The notes: generated by a model not told the origin, from the letters alone. Shown: positions 1 through 10,519, counted from the first letter of the stretch. The stretch: DNA of 64,000 bases from Candidatus Butyricicoccus stercorigallinarum (GCA_019112985.1 DXIG01000120.1:4971-68970), one strand, 5' to 3'. Translations and numbers: made by a program.

Positions 1-1
1 C

Positions 2-220
2 GGGAGTATTCAGATCACCGTGCGCGACAAGGGCTGCGGGATTGCGGACATCCAGCAGGCGCGCCAGCCGATGTTCACTACCGGCGATGCCGGGCGTTCC
101 GGCATGGGCTTTACCATCATGGAGAGCTTTATGGATCATCTGCGCGTGCGTTCGCGCGAGGGCGTTGGCACACAGGTCATCATGACCAAGCGGATTGCGG
201 CGCGCCTTGGACAGAGATAA
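2..220 (+). CDS. spoIIAB: Anti-sigma F factor / serine kinase SpoIIAB, C-terminal part (5' end outside window)
   Basis: Frame is open from the window edge. GSIQITVRDKGCGIADIQQARQPMFTTGDAGRSGMGFTIMESFMD carries HATPase DxGxG and GxGxG boxes typical of SpoIIAB. It overlaps the start of sigF as in spoIIA operons. Confidence 0.85.
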   Translation, partial: GSIQITVRDKGCGIADIQQARQPMFTTGDAGRSGMGFTIMESFMDHLRVRSREGVGTQVIMTKRIAARLGQR

Positions 221-932
221 GGCCGCGGCGCAGGTCCGCCTGATCCGGCGGGCGCAGGGCGGGGAAGAGGCGGCCTGCGAGACGCTGCTGCGGGAGAACA
301 GCGGCCTGATCTGGAGCATCGTCCGCCGCTACGCCGGGCGCGGCGTGGAGCTGGACGACCTGTACCAGCTCGGCAGTCTCGGATTCCTGAAAGCGGTGCA
401 GGGCTTCGACTGCGACTACGGCACGCGCTTTTCCACCTACGCCGTGCCCAAGATCAGCGGCGAGATCCGGCGCTTTCTGCGCGACGACGGCGTGGTCAAG
501 GTCAGCCGCACGATCAAATCGCTCGCCATCCGCGTCAGCGCCGCGCGCGAACAGCTCGCCATGCAGACCGGGCGCGAGCCGACGCTCTCCGAGCTGTCCC
601 AGTGCCTGGGCGTCTCGCCGGAGGAGATCGCGGCGTGCGAGGGCGCGCTGCGCCCGGCGGATTCGTTCCAGCGCGAAATCGGCGACGACGGCGCGACGCT
701 GGAGCAGCTGATCGGCGACGACGGCATGGAGGAAAAGGTGCTCGAATCGGTGCTGCTGCGCGACAGCATCCGCCGTCTGAGCGGGAAGGAACAGAAGGTG
801 ATTCTGCTCCGCTATTTTCGCGGGCAGACGCAGCAGCAGTGCGCGGCCGTGCTCGGCATTTCTCAGGTGCAGGTGTCGCGGCTGGAGCGCCGCGCGATCG
901 AGCGCATGCGGGCGATGATGACGGAGGGGTGA
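195..932 (+). CDS. sigF: Sporulation sigma factor SigF (forespore)
   Basis: Sigma-70 regions 2-4 are recognisable (DDLYQLGSLGFLKAVQGFD, FSTYAVPKISGEIRRFLRD, QQQCAAVLGISQVQVSRLERRA). It lies directly after spoIIAB. The TTG start at 195 or 207 is uncertain. Confidence 0.9.
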   Translation: MRRALDRDKAAAQVRLIRRAQGGEEAACETLLRENSGLIWSIVRRYAGRGVELDDLYQLGSLGFLKAVQGFDCDYGTRFSTYAVPKISGEIRRFLRDDGVVKVSRTIKSLAIRVSAAREQLAMQTGREPTLSELSQCLGVSPEEIAACEGALRPADSFQREIGDDGATLEQLIGDDGMEEKVLESVLLRDSIRRLSGKEQKVILLRYFRGQTQQQCAAVLGISQVQVSRLERRAIERMRAMMTEG

Positions 933-1132
933 GCGGCGCGTTCACAAACAGGCTATTGTTTGTTTTCATGTACGACATAAAAAGTTCCCGCTTTGTTCAC
1001 GCAAGCGCGCGGAAAATACGGTATGATAGTCCCAGTACAGGAGATTGTACCCCCGTACAACGCTGTACCGCTCCTTATTTTGGGTTTATGGCCGCCGGTA
1101 TTGTCATACAAGGCGGCAGGCACTCCCGACAT

Positions 1133-1175
1133 GTCGAGTTGGAACCGCGGGTTCCGTTCGACTGATTCTTTTTTT
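1133..1175 (+). terminator. Terminator-like compound hairpin in gene-free gap
   Basis: GTCGA-G-TT-GGAACC-GCG-GGTTCC-GT-TCGAC followed by TGATTCTTTTTTT. Confidence 0.4.
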
Positions 1176-1193
1176 CATATTTTTCCTTTCCGG

Positions 1194-1227
1194 TGCCGCA
1201 GCCGCTCAGGCTGCGGCATCGCCTTTT
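1194..1227 (+). terminator. Terminator-like hairpin in gene-free gap
   Basis: TGCCGCAGCC-GCTCA-GGCTGCGGCA followed by TCGCCTTTT. Confidence 0.4.
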
Positions 1228-1351
1228 GTCCGTCGCATTTACGATTTGGCAACAGTTTGATCGCGAACATTCCATGTTTCGATCACATATCTGCGCAAGT
1301 TGTGCGGTATACTGGGCACAGAGCAAAACAAAAGCGCAAGGAAAGCTCAGA

Positions 1352-1436
1352 CGGCCAGCTGCCCGGCCGGTTTGTTCCGAGGGGAAACGGCAAAAGCGGC
1401 AGACGAAAAATCCGTCCCGTCCATCGCGGCGATGGA
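1352..1436 (+). repeat. Paralogous structured element, copy A (candidate ncRNA or cis-regulatory RNA)
   Basis: Shares blocks CGGCCAGCTGCCCGGCCGG, CAAAAGCGGCAGAC, AATCCG and TCCATC with copy B. The internal hairpins differ in sequence but keep their pairing. A -10-like TATACT lies at 1308-1313. Confidence 0.5.
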
Positions 1437-1606
1437 TGCGGCTGCATACAGCGTTTTCCGGACGCGGCGCCTGCGGGCGCGCTGTTCACGATTACGAAAC
1501 AAATAAGTTGGAAATTTGTCAAAAATTTTTCGTAATTTGGTCACCCAAAGGCGGGAAAACTGGTGTATGATAATACCAGAGTTCAGGAAACGCAACACGC
1601 ACCTCT

Positions 1607-1686
1607 CGGCCAACTGCCCGGCCGGCTTCCGCGGGAAGCAAAAGCGGCAGACAAACAATCCGCTCCATCTGGCTTCGGGTCGGATG
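1607..1686 (+). repeat. Paralogous structured element, copy B (candidate ncRNA or cis-regulatory RNA)
   Basis: Same conserved blocks as copy A. Central hairpin is GCTTCC-GCG-GGAAGC. A -10-like TATGAT/GATAAT lies at 1566-1574. The strong terminator at 1744-1776 follows it. Confidence 0.5.
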
Positions 1687-1743
1687 TGAATTTACATATT
1701 TCTTACCTCTCTTTTTCATTCTCAATTTCTTTCTTTACGAAAA

Positions 1744-1776
1744 ATACCACAGCCGAGGGTGCTGTGGTATTTTTCT
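1744..1776. terminator. Bidirectional intrinsic terminator
   Basis: Perfect 10-bp stem ATACCACAGC / GCTGTGGTAT with a 7-nt loop, flanked by GAAAAA upstream and TTTTTC downstream. Confidence 0.7.
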
Positions 1777-2017
1777 GCTGTGCGGCGATTTTGCGGCAGG
1801 TGGGGCAAGGGAAACGTGGGCACGTGTGACGGGCGCAGAATTGCGTTTTTGATCTGTCTCTGCTATGATGGCATTGGCCTTGCTGCGCTCTGTTCTGCGG
1901 GCGCTTTCTCTGACAGCACCATGCCGGCCGCGCCGCCCCGATGGGCGCAAGGCAGGTAGAAGCGGGGAAGAGTGTGGAAAAACCGAACCATTCTGTCACT
2001 TGGAAAGAGGGATATTC

Positions 2018-2449
2018 TTGAAAGACTTTTGGAACAGGCATCAGGGGACGATCGCAGCACTGCTGCTGTTTGCCGCCGCGGCGCTTGTTGTTATTTATGT
2101 GATCGCTGTGTTTGGCGGCGCCATCATGCGCTTGTTCGGCTTCCGGTACAACTCGGTCGGCAGCATTTTTCTGTTCTTTGTCCTTGCGACCATCGTTTCA
2201 TTCCCGATCAGTCAGTTCGCCGAGGCGTTGCCCCGCGTTCTGCTGTTTCACTACGGGAATCTCTCCAGACGGGCGGCGATCGTCCTGTTCGTCGGTTTGG
2301 ATACGATCGCCACAGCCGTCGGGTTGTATGTCGTCGATTGTTTTCTGGACAGTGTGTCGGCAACCGGCTGTGCTATCGTCGTTGTATCGTTCCTTTTGGC
2401 GCTGGTGAGCGCGAAAGGCGTGCTGGAAGAACCCGATCAGCATGCGTAA
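2018..2449 (+). CDS. Small multi-pass membrane protein (possibly YrvL-like)
   Basis: TTG start at 2018 follows AAGAGGGA. Four hydrophobic segments are visible (AALLLFAAAALVVIYVIAVFGG, IFLFFVLATIVSFPI, AAIVLFVGLDTIATAVGLYVV, AIVVVSFLLALV). The longer ORF from 1865 has a non-protein-like N-terminus. Confidence 0.55.
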   Translation: MKDFWNRHQGTIAALLLFAAAALVVIYVIAVFGGAIMRLFGFRYNSVGSIFLFFVLATIVSFPISQFAEALPRVLLFHYGNLSRRAAIVLFVGLDTIATAVGLYVVDCFLDSVSATGCAIVVVSFLLALVSAKGVLEEPDQHA

Positions 2450-2640
2450 ATAGCACGAGAGAAGCAAGATAGCCCCCTTGGCGCAGACGCCCGAAAAACA
2501 GCTGTGTTCGAGCGCGTGAAGGGGGCTGTTTCTGTGTCCGCGCGGATCTGTCAAAAGGATGGCGCAGAACAAAACCAGCTCCGGCTGTTCAGGGACGATT
2601 TTCCAAAGTGCCGGGGCGGGCTGTTTGCGTGCGCGGGCGC

Positions 2641-2681
2641 AAAAAGACCCTCCGACTTTCGACAGGCGAAAATCGGAGGGG
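2641..2681 (-). terminator. Intrinsic terminator downstream of trmD
   Basis: On the minus strand: CCCTCCGA...TCGGAGGG stem followed by TCTTTTT. Confidence 0.6.
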
Positions 2682-2695
2682 GATAGTGCAGAAGC

Positions 2696-3436
2696 TCACA
2701 GGCCGGCGTCCGCTTCCTCCAGCTGTTCGAGCAGCTTGCGGTCGCGCTTGTCCTGCGGGACAAAGCGGGCGAACAGATCGGGGCGGTCGCGTCTGGTTCG
2801 CTCCAGACTTTTTTTGCGCCGCCAGGTCTCGATGTTGGCGTGATGGCCGGACAGCAGGACGTCCGGCACGGCGCGGTCGTGCCAGACCGCGGGCTTGGTG
2901 TACTGCGGATATTCCAGAAGGCCGAACCAGTGGCTCTCCTCGGTGAAGCAGACCTCCTCCGCGAGCACGCCGGGCACCATGCGGCAGACCGCGTCGGCCA
3001 CCGCCATCGCGGGGATCTCGCCGCCGGTCAGCACAAAGTCGCCGATGGAGATTTCCTCGTCCACACATTCGTCGATGAAGCGCTGATCCACGCCCTCGTA
3101 GTGCCCGCAGACGAGGACGATGTGTTCGCGCGCCAGCAGCTCGCGCGCCTTGTCCTGACAGAAGGGGGCGCCCTGCGCGCTCATCAGCACGGTGTGAACC
3201 GGTGCGCCGCCGGTCACATGCGCGTGGCAGCGGTACAGCGGATCGGCCTGCATGACCATGCCCTTGCCGCCGCCATAGGGCGTATCGTCCACGCGGTTGT
3301 GCTTGTCGAGCGTAAAGGCGCGGATGTCGACCGCGTTGACTTCGATCAATCCCGCCTGCTGGGCGCGCCCGATGACGCTGGTCTGCATCGCGCAGTCGAT
3401 CATCTGCGGGAACAGCGTGAGAATGTCAATTTTCAT
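2696..3436 (-). CDS. trmD: tRNA (guanine37-N1)-methyltransferase
   Basis: MKIDILTLFPQM..., GGGKGMVM and GHYEGVDQR motifs. Conserved rimM-trmD context. Confidence 0.95.
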   Translation of the reverse strand: MKIDILTLFPQMIDCAMQTSVIGRAQQAGLIEVNAVDIRAFTLDKHNRVDDTPYGGGKGMVMQADPLYRCHAHVTGGAPVHTVLMSAQGAPFCQDKARELLAREHIVLVCGHYEGVDQRFIDECVDEEISIGDFVLTGGEIPAMAVADAVCRMVPGVLAEEVCFTEESHWFGLLEYPQYTKPAVWHDRAVPDVLLSGHHANIETWRRKKSLERTRRDRPDLFARFVPQDKRDRKLLEQLEEADAGL

Positions 3437-3932
3437 CGCCGAGCAGACCCTCTATCGTGCGCACAGTGACCTTGCCGTTTTCCAGATCGACGTCTTCGAC
3501 GAACGGCCGGCCCGGAATCAGGTGCCGGGTGTCGCCGTCCTGGATGACGTACAGATCGCCCGCAGGGCCGTCGTTGATCTCCTTGACCACGCCGATCTCG
3601 CGGCCGACCCGCTCGTCGTACACTGGCAGACCGATGACGTCCTGGATGAAGAACGCGCCCTCCTCCAGCTCGACGTCGTCGCGGTTCATGTACAGCGTCG
3701 TGCCGCGCAGCAGCTGCGCCTGCTCCATGGTGTCCACCCCTTCGAGGTGCATGAGCACGCAGCCCTTGTGAACCCTGGCGGAGAGAATGGTGACCGGCGA
3801 CTGATCCTTGCGGTACAGCGTGTCAAATTCGGCGAGAAATTCGGGGGAATCGCACCACGGCTGCACCTTGACATCGCCGCGCACGCCGTGCGTGTTGACG
3901 ATCCTGCCGATTTCCAGAAATTGCTTTTTCAT
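3426..3932 (-). CDS. rimM: 16S rRNA processing protein RimM
   Basis: Internal ATG at 3932 with GGAGG upstream. EIGRIVNTHGVRGDVKV is the RimM N-terminal signature. It overlaps the trmD start. Confidence 0.9.
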   Translation of the reverse strand: MKKQFLEIGRIVNTHGVRGDVKVQPWCDSPEFLAEFDTLYRKDQSPVTILSARVHKGCVLMHLEGVDTMEQAQLLRGTTLYMNRDDVELEEGAFFIQDVIGLPVYDERVGREIGVVKEINDGPAGDLYVIQDGDTRHLIPGRPFVEDVDLENGKVTVRTIEGLLGDEN

Positions 3933-4022
3933 AAAATCCTCCACGGGGAATGCGGGGCGTGAGCCACGCCCGAAATGTTCGATAGCAGAAAAAAAGAGCC
4001 GCATTGCGGCTCTCGAAAAGAC

Positions 4023-4253
4023 TCAGTCGACGATCTCGACAGACACCTTTTTATTTTGACGATTTCCGGCCGCCTTCATCAAAGTGCGAATTTCCTTCGC
4101 GATGCGACCATGACGGCCGATAACCTTACCCATGTCGTCAGGAGCGACGCGGAGCTCAAAAATGATCTCCTCGCCCTGCGCGGTTTCGGTTACACTGACT
4201 GCGTCCGGGTCGTTCACAAGGTTCTTTGCGATGTAGGTCAAAAGTTCTTTCAT
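4023..4253 (-). CDS. KH-domain RNA-binding protein (YlqC family)
   Basis: 76 aa with GKVIGRHGRIAKEIRT (a GxxG KH motif). It sits between rpsP and rimM as in Firmicutes. Confidence 0.85.
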   Translation of the reverse strand: MKELLTYIAKNLVNDPDAVSVTETAQGEEIIFELRVAPDDMGKVIGRHGRIAKEIRTLMKAAGNRQNKKVSVEIVD

Positions 4254-4272
4254 CTAAAACAACCTCACTTGC

Positions 4273-4512
4273 TTACAGTACGCCGGATTTCTTGAGCAGT
4301 GCACGGACGGTATCGGTCGGCTGCGCGCCGTTCTTGATCCACTGCTGTGCGCGCTCGCCGTCAACCTTGATCTCTACCGGGTCTGCCAGCGGATTGTAGG
4401 TGCCGATTTCCTCGATGAAACGACCGTCACGCGGGTAACGGGAATCAGCGACAACAATACGGTAGAAAGGAGCCTTCTTAGCACCCAGTCTGCGAAGTCT
4501 GATTTTTACCAT
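4273..4512 (-). CDS. rpsP: 30S ribosomal protein S16
   Basis: [25 protein letters not shown]. The ATG at 4512 is preferred because the GGAGG site overlaps the upstream ATG at 4521. Confidence 0.95.
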   Translation of the reverse strand: MVKIRLRRLGAKKAPFYRIVVADSRYPRDGRFIEEIGTYNPLADPVEIKVDGERAQQWIKNGAQPTDTVRALLKKSGVL

Positions 4513-4559
4513 GGTTTTCACCTCCTGTGAGTTGATTATTGTAAATTTCTTTACATGTA

Positions 4560-5942
<1,383 letters not shown>

Positions 5943-5951
5943 GATTTCTCC

Positions 5952-6317
5952 TTATTCCGAAAGCTGCTTGGCGATCTGGAACGCCTGGTCGCACAGTTCC
6001 GCGATTTTTGCGTCGTGGTAGCGCACATTGTTGATGCCGCGCAGCTCCCAGACGATGCCCGCCAGACGCTCCAGATCGGACTGCGTCTGGCCGTATTTCG
6101 CGACCAGCCCGAGCTTTTCCTCGGTGGCGCGCAGCGTGCGCTCCGCGCGCAGAATGCCGTCGCGCACGCCCTGGCGGGTGATGCCCATGTGCTCGGAGAT
6201 CTCCGCCAGAGACAGGTCGTCGTTGTAATACAGATCGAACAGCTCTTTTTGCTTCGCCGTGAGTATTTCACCGTAAAAATCGTAGAGCATGCACATTTCA
6301 AACGGTTTGTTCTTCAT
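5952..6317 (-). CDS. ylxM: YlxM/UPF0122 putative DNA-binding protein
   Basis: 121 aa with LYYNDDLSLAEISEHMGITRQGV (a sigma-70 region-4-like HTH). It lies directly upstream of ffh. Confidence 0.85.
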   Translation of the reverse strand: MKNKPFEMCMLYDFYGEILTAKQKELFDLYYNDDLSLAEISEHMGITRQGVRDGILRAERTLRATEEKLGLVAKYGQTQSDLERLAGIVWELRGINNVRYHDAKIAELCDQAFQIAKQLSE

Positions 6318-6397
6318 AGTGCACCTCCGATGAAACGCTGTGCTGTAAAGGGGAATTCCTTTGTAAAGGCGATCAACTTTACAACACCTCCGGTATT

Positions 6398-6934
6398 CTA
6401 TACCCGCCGGCGCTTTTTGTCAAGGGATTTGGAGAGAAATTTTGCGATTTTTTTGAGAAAAAATCCGAGCAGGTCGAGCGCGGACAGAATCAGCGTGACG
6501 GACATCGCGCCGAGCACGTTCAGGATGACGTCGTCGATGTCGCACGAGCCGAGGCCGGTGAAGTACTGGGTCAGCTCGATGCCCCCGCTCAGAAACAGGC
6601 CGACGAGAAACGTGCGGCCGAGGCTCAGGCTGCGCGACAGCAGCGGGACGAGCACGCCGATGGGCATGAAGGCGAGGATGTTTCCGGCGAGGTTGCGCAC
6701 CGCGACGGACGCGGGGACGCGGCCGGAGAACGCATAAAAACGGATGGTCTGGAACGGGACGAGGTTGACGCGGGTGTACGCCAGCTCGTCGGTGTCGTTT
6801 AATATGTTGACGATGGTGTCGTGGTCGAATTTGAACAGGATTACCTTGAGCAGGAGCAGAAGGTAAGCGATCAGGCACAGCCAGAGCAGCGCTGTCACCA
6901 GCGGCGCGCGCTCGCGCTGTCTTTTTACGGACAC
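6398..6934 (-). CDS. VanZ family membrane protein
   Basis: GTG start with GGAG upstream. The NLVPF...NILAFMPIGVL...ELTQ...G.CDIDDVILN pattern is typical of the VanZ family. Confidence 0.7.
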   Translation of the reverse strand: MSVKRQRERAPLVTALLWLCLIAYLLLLLKVILFKFDHDTIVNILNDTDELAYTRVNLVPFQTIRFYAFSGRVPASVAVRNLAGNILAFMPIGVLVPLLSRSLSLGRTFLVGLFLSGGIELTQYFTGLGSCDIDDVILNVLGAMSVTLILSALDLLGFFLKKIAKFLSKSLDKKRRRV

Positions 6935-7117
6935 GCACAGGACTCCTTTCCGGGATGAATTGCGTTGTTAATTGAGTTATTATCATACCACCCGCGGGCG
7001 GCAAATGCAATCAAAACAACGTGAAAAGCAAAAAATGGCACGGCAACGGGTAGACGAACGGTAAAAACAGCGATATAATAGCACAGAGAAAACGGGCATT
7101 CTGCCATCGTCATCATC

Positions 7118-8401
7118 ATGGAGACAATTATGGATCATACGACGAGAGTGTCACTGAAAGACGGGATTGGACTGACCTGCGTGACGACCAAACAGTCCAG
7201 AACCTCGTGCCTCAGCGCGATGCTTGCGCTGCCGCTGGGCGCGGAGGAGAGAAGCAAATCGGCGCTGCTGCCGTATGTGCTGCGCGGCAGCAGCCGCGCG
7301 TATCCGGGCGCGCAGGCGGTCGCCGTGCAGCTGGACAACCTGTACGGCGCGCGTCTGGAGCCGGTCGTGCGCAAGCGCGGCGAGCTCCAGCTGGTCGGCT
7401 TCGTCGCGGACGTGATCGACGAGCGCTTCGCCATGCCGGGCGAGGGCGATCTGTTCGCGGGGACGGCGCGCCTGCTCGCGGCGCTGCTGCTCGAGCCGGA
7501 CGGCTTTTCCGCCGAGACCGTCTCGCGCGAGGCGGAGCAGCTGTGCGCGCGCATCGCGGCGCTGTCTGACGACAAGCGGTCGTGGGCGGTGCGGCGTATG
7601 TACCAGCACATGTGCGCGCACGAGGCGTACAGCGCGGTCGAGCTGGGCGACATCGACCGCGTCCGCGCGGTTACCCCCGCGCAGCTGGAGGCGCATTACC
7701 GCGACGTGATCCGCACGGCGCCGCTCGAGCTGTTCTACTGCGGCTCGCTGCCGCCGGAGACCGTCGCGCAGCAGCTGCGCGACGCGATGCAGGCGCGCCC
7801 GGCGGTGCAGGCGCCGGTTCGCCCCGCCACGCAGGCGCCGCGCGCGCCGCAGCAGGCGGCGCTGCGCGAGGTGACCGAGGAAGAGGCGGTCGCGCAGGGC
7901 AAGCTGACCATCGGCCTGCGCACCGGGATCACCGCGTTTGACGACGACTATCCCGCGCTGGTGCTGTTCAACGCCTGCTTCGGCGGCACGACCTCGTCGC
8001 GCCTGTTCTGCACGGTGCGCGAAAAGCTGAGCCTGTGCTATTACGCGTCCTCGCAGACGGACAAGCTCAAGGGCGTGATGGCGGTCTCGTCCGGCATCGA
8101 AAACGACAGCGAGCCGCAGGCGCGCGCGGCGATTCTGCACCAGTTAGAGGACATGCAGCGCGCCGTGACCGGCGAGGAGGTTGAGGCCGCGCGCCGGTCG
8201 GTGACGGCGTCGCTGCGCGCCATGCACGATTCGCCGCTGGCGCTGGAGAGCTTTTATCAGACGCAGGCCGCGGCCGGTCTGGCCGAATCGCTGGACGAGC
8301 TGATCGCGCGCATCCAGACGGTGACGGCGGACGACGTCTGCCGCGCGGCGCAAAAAGCCGTGCCGGACACGGTATACTTTCTCAAAGGAGCGGGCGCATG
8401 A
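7118..8401 (+). CDS. M16 (insulinase) family protein, non-catalytic partner (no HxxEH)
   Basis: 427 aa with M16-like architecture. The zinc-motif position reads LLPYVL instead of HxxEH. It is translationally coupled (ATGA) to the next M16 gene. Confidence 0.75.
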   Translation: METIMDHTTRVSLKDGIGLTCVTTKQSRTSCLSAMLALPLGAEERSKSALLPYVLRGSSRAYPGAQAVAVQLDNLYGARLEPVVRKRGELQLVGFVADVIDERFAMPGEGDLFAGTARLLAALLLEPDGFSAETVSREAEQLCARIAALSDDKRSWAVRRMYQHMCAHEAYSAVELGDIDRVRAVTPAQLEAHYRDVIRTAPLELFYCGSLPPETVAQQLRDAMQARPAVQAPVRPATQAPRAPQQAALREVTEEEAVAQGKLTIGLRTGITAFDDDYPALVLFNACFGGTTSSRLFCTVREKLSLCYYASSQTDKLKGVMAVSSGIENDSEPQARAAILHQLEDMQRAVTGEEVEAARRSVTASLRAMHDSPLALESFYQTQAAAGLAESLDELIARIQTVTADDVCRAAQKAVPDTVYFLKGAGA

Positions 8402-9669
8402 CTACCATATCCTATCCCAATTTGGACGACTGTATGCAGACGGCCGTGCTGGAAAACGGCCTGCACCTCTACTGCATCCCGCGCGAGACGAGCGCGAAGA
8501 CCTTCGCGATGCTCGCCGTCAACTTCGGCTCGGTCGACTGCCGGTTTGCGCTCGACGGACAGAACCACTCCGTCACGCCGGGCATCGCTCACTTTCTCGA
8601 GCACAAGATGTTCGAGGAGCAGGACGGCAACGCGCTGCAAAAATTCACCGCGCTGGGCGCGCAGCCCAATGCGTTTACCAGCCACACGATGACGGCGTAC
8701 CACGTCACGTGCACCGACCGCTTTGAGGAATGCCTGGAGATTCTGCTGCGGTTCGTGACGACGCCGTATTTCACCGAGCAGAACGTCGAAAAAGAAAAGG
8801 GCATCATCGGGCAGGAGATCGGCATGCTGGACGACACGCCGGGCTGGCAGGCCTATGTCGGCGTGCTGGAGGGGCTGTACGCCGCGCATCCCGTGCGCAT
8901 CTCGGTGGCGGGCAGCCGGGAGAGCATCGCGTGCATCGACCCGGAGATGCTGAACCTCTGCCACCGCGCGTTTTATTCGCCCGCGAACCTCGCGCTCATC
9001 GTGTGCGGGCGCTATTCGTTCGACCGCGTGTGGGAACTTGCGGCGCGCATCACGCCCAAAACGTCCGCGCGCATCGCTGCGCGCGACTACGGCGACGAAC
9101 CGGCGCCGGCGGCGCAGGCGTATGTCGAGCGCCGCATGGCGGTGTCGCGCCCGCTGTTCATGCTGGGCTGCAAGGACACGCCGCCCGCGCGGCCGTATGT
9201 GCGGCAGCTGACCGGTGAGCTGGCGGCGGAGTGCGTGTGCGGGCGGTCGTCGCCGCTGTACCACGCGCTGTACAACCGTGGGCTGATCGACCGCACGTTT
9301 GACGCGGACTATTTCCGCTTTCCGGGCGGGGCGTGCGCGATTTTCAGCGGCGAGAGCCGCGACCCGCAGGCGGTGCGCGCGGCGCTGGAAGGCGAGCTGC
9401 GCCGCATCGCGGACGGCGGGCTGGACGACGCCGTGTTCGCCCGCATGAAAAAAGCGCTGTACGGGAGCTATGTGCGCCGCATGAACGACCCGGCGGAGGT
9501 GTGCCGCATGCAGGCGGAGGCCTGCTTCTCCGGCGCGTCGTGCTTTGACTTCGCGGACGTCTTCCCGTCCATCTCGAAGGAGGACGTCGTGCGCCGCATC
9601 CGGCGCTGGTCGGCGGAAGGCGGCACCGCGCTGTCCGTCGTCGCGCCGCAGAAGGAGGGACAGGCATGA
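8398..9669 (+). CDS. M16 family zinc peptidase (catalytic subunit)
   Basis: GIAHFLEHKMFE contains the inverted zinc motif HxxEH. Confidence 0.85.
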   Translation: MTTISYPNLDDCMQTAVLENGLHLYCIPRETSAKTFAMLAVNFGSVDCRFALDGQNHSVTPGIAHFLEHKMFEEQDGNALQKFTALGAQPNAFTSHTMTAYHVTCTDRFEECLEILLRFVTTPYFTEQNVEKEKGIIGQEIGMLDDTPGWQAYVGVLEGLYAAHPVRISVAGSRESIACIDPEMLNLCHRAFYSPANLALIVCGRYSFDRVWELAARITPKTSARIAARDYGDEPAPAAQAYVERRMAVSRPLFMLGCKDTPPARPYVRQLTGELAAECVCGRSSPLYHALYNRGLIDRTFDADYFRFPGGACAIFSGESRDPQAVRAALEGELRRIADGGLDDAVFARMKKALYGSYVRRMNDPAEVCRMQAEACFSGASCFDFADVFPSISKEDVVRRIRRWSAEGGTALSVVAPQKEGQA

Positions 9670-10519
9670 ACCAGATCGTTTCGTTCCCCGGTTTGGGGCT
9701 TGAATTTCATTTTTCCAGCGTCGCGTTCACGGTCGCGTCCAAGCCGATCTACTGGTACGGCATTCTCATCACCTGCGGCATTTTTCTCGCGATTGCGTAT
9801 GCCTCCCGGCGGTCGCGGCACTTTGGCGTCCGGTCGGACGATCTGGTCGACATGATGCTGTTCGTGCTGCCTGTTGCGATTGTATGCGCGCGCCTGTATT
9901 ATGTTGTGTTTGAATGGGAGCGCTACAAGGACAACCCGGCGGAAATCATCGCCGTCTGGCACGGCGGCCTGGCGATTTACGGTGGCCTGATCGGTGGCCT
10001 GCTCACGGCAATCGTTTTTTGCCGCGTCAAAAAGATCGACTGCATGGACATGCTGGATCTGGTTTCGGGCGCCGTGCCCATCGGGCAGGCGATCGGGCGC
10101 TGGGGCAACTTTTTCAACTGCGAGGCGTTTGGCAGCGAGACGTCGCTGCCCTGGCGGATGGTCATCGGCGAGGGGATCGACGAGGCGGGGCAGTTCGGCA
10201 GCCACCCGACGTTCTTTTACGAGTCGGCGTGGAACGCCATCGGCTTTGCGCTGCTGTTCGCCTATTCTAAAAAGCGAAAATACCGCGGAGAGATTGTCCT
10301 GCTCTATTTCGGCTGGTACGGTCTCGGGCGGTTCTTCATAGAGGGGCTCCGCACGGACAGCCTGTATCTGTGGGGCACGGGCATCCGCGTCTCGCAGGTC
10401 GTGGCGCTGCTGTCCGTCCTGCTCGGCTTCGGCGGCTTTTTGCTCAATCGAGCCATGCCGTTTTTGCACGAGGCCGTCGCGGCGCCCCGCGAAAACGATT
10501 CAAACACGGAGGAAACAAC

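Noticed and set aside
1300-1829. ORFs 1300..1506 and 1563..1829 as paralogous small proteins (both contain AKAAD..S.PS).
   Set aside because: The nucleotide conservation continues across a 7-nt indel that changes the frame, and the putative starts overlap the -10-like boxes. An RNA or DNA element explains the similarity better.
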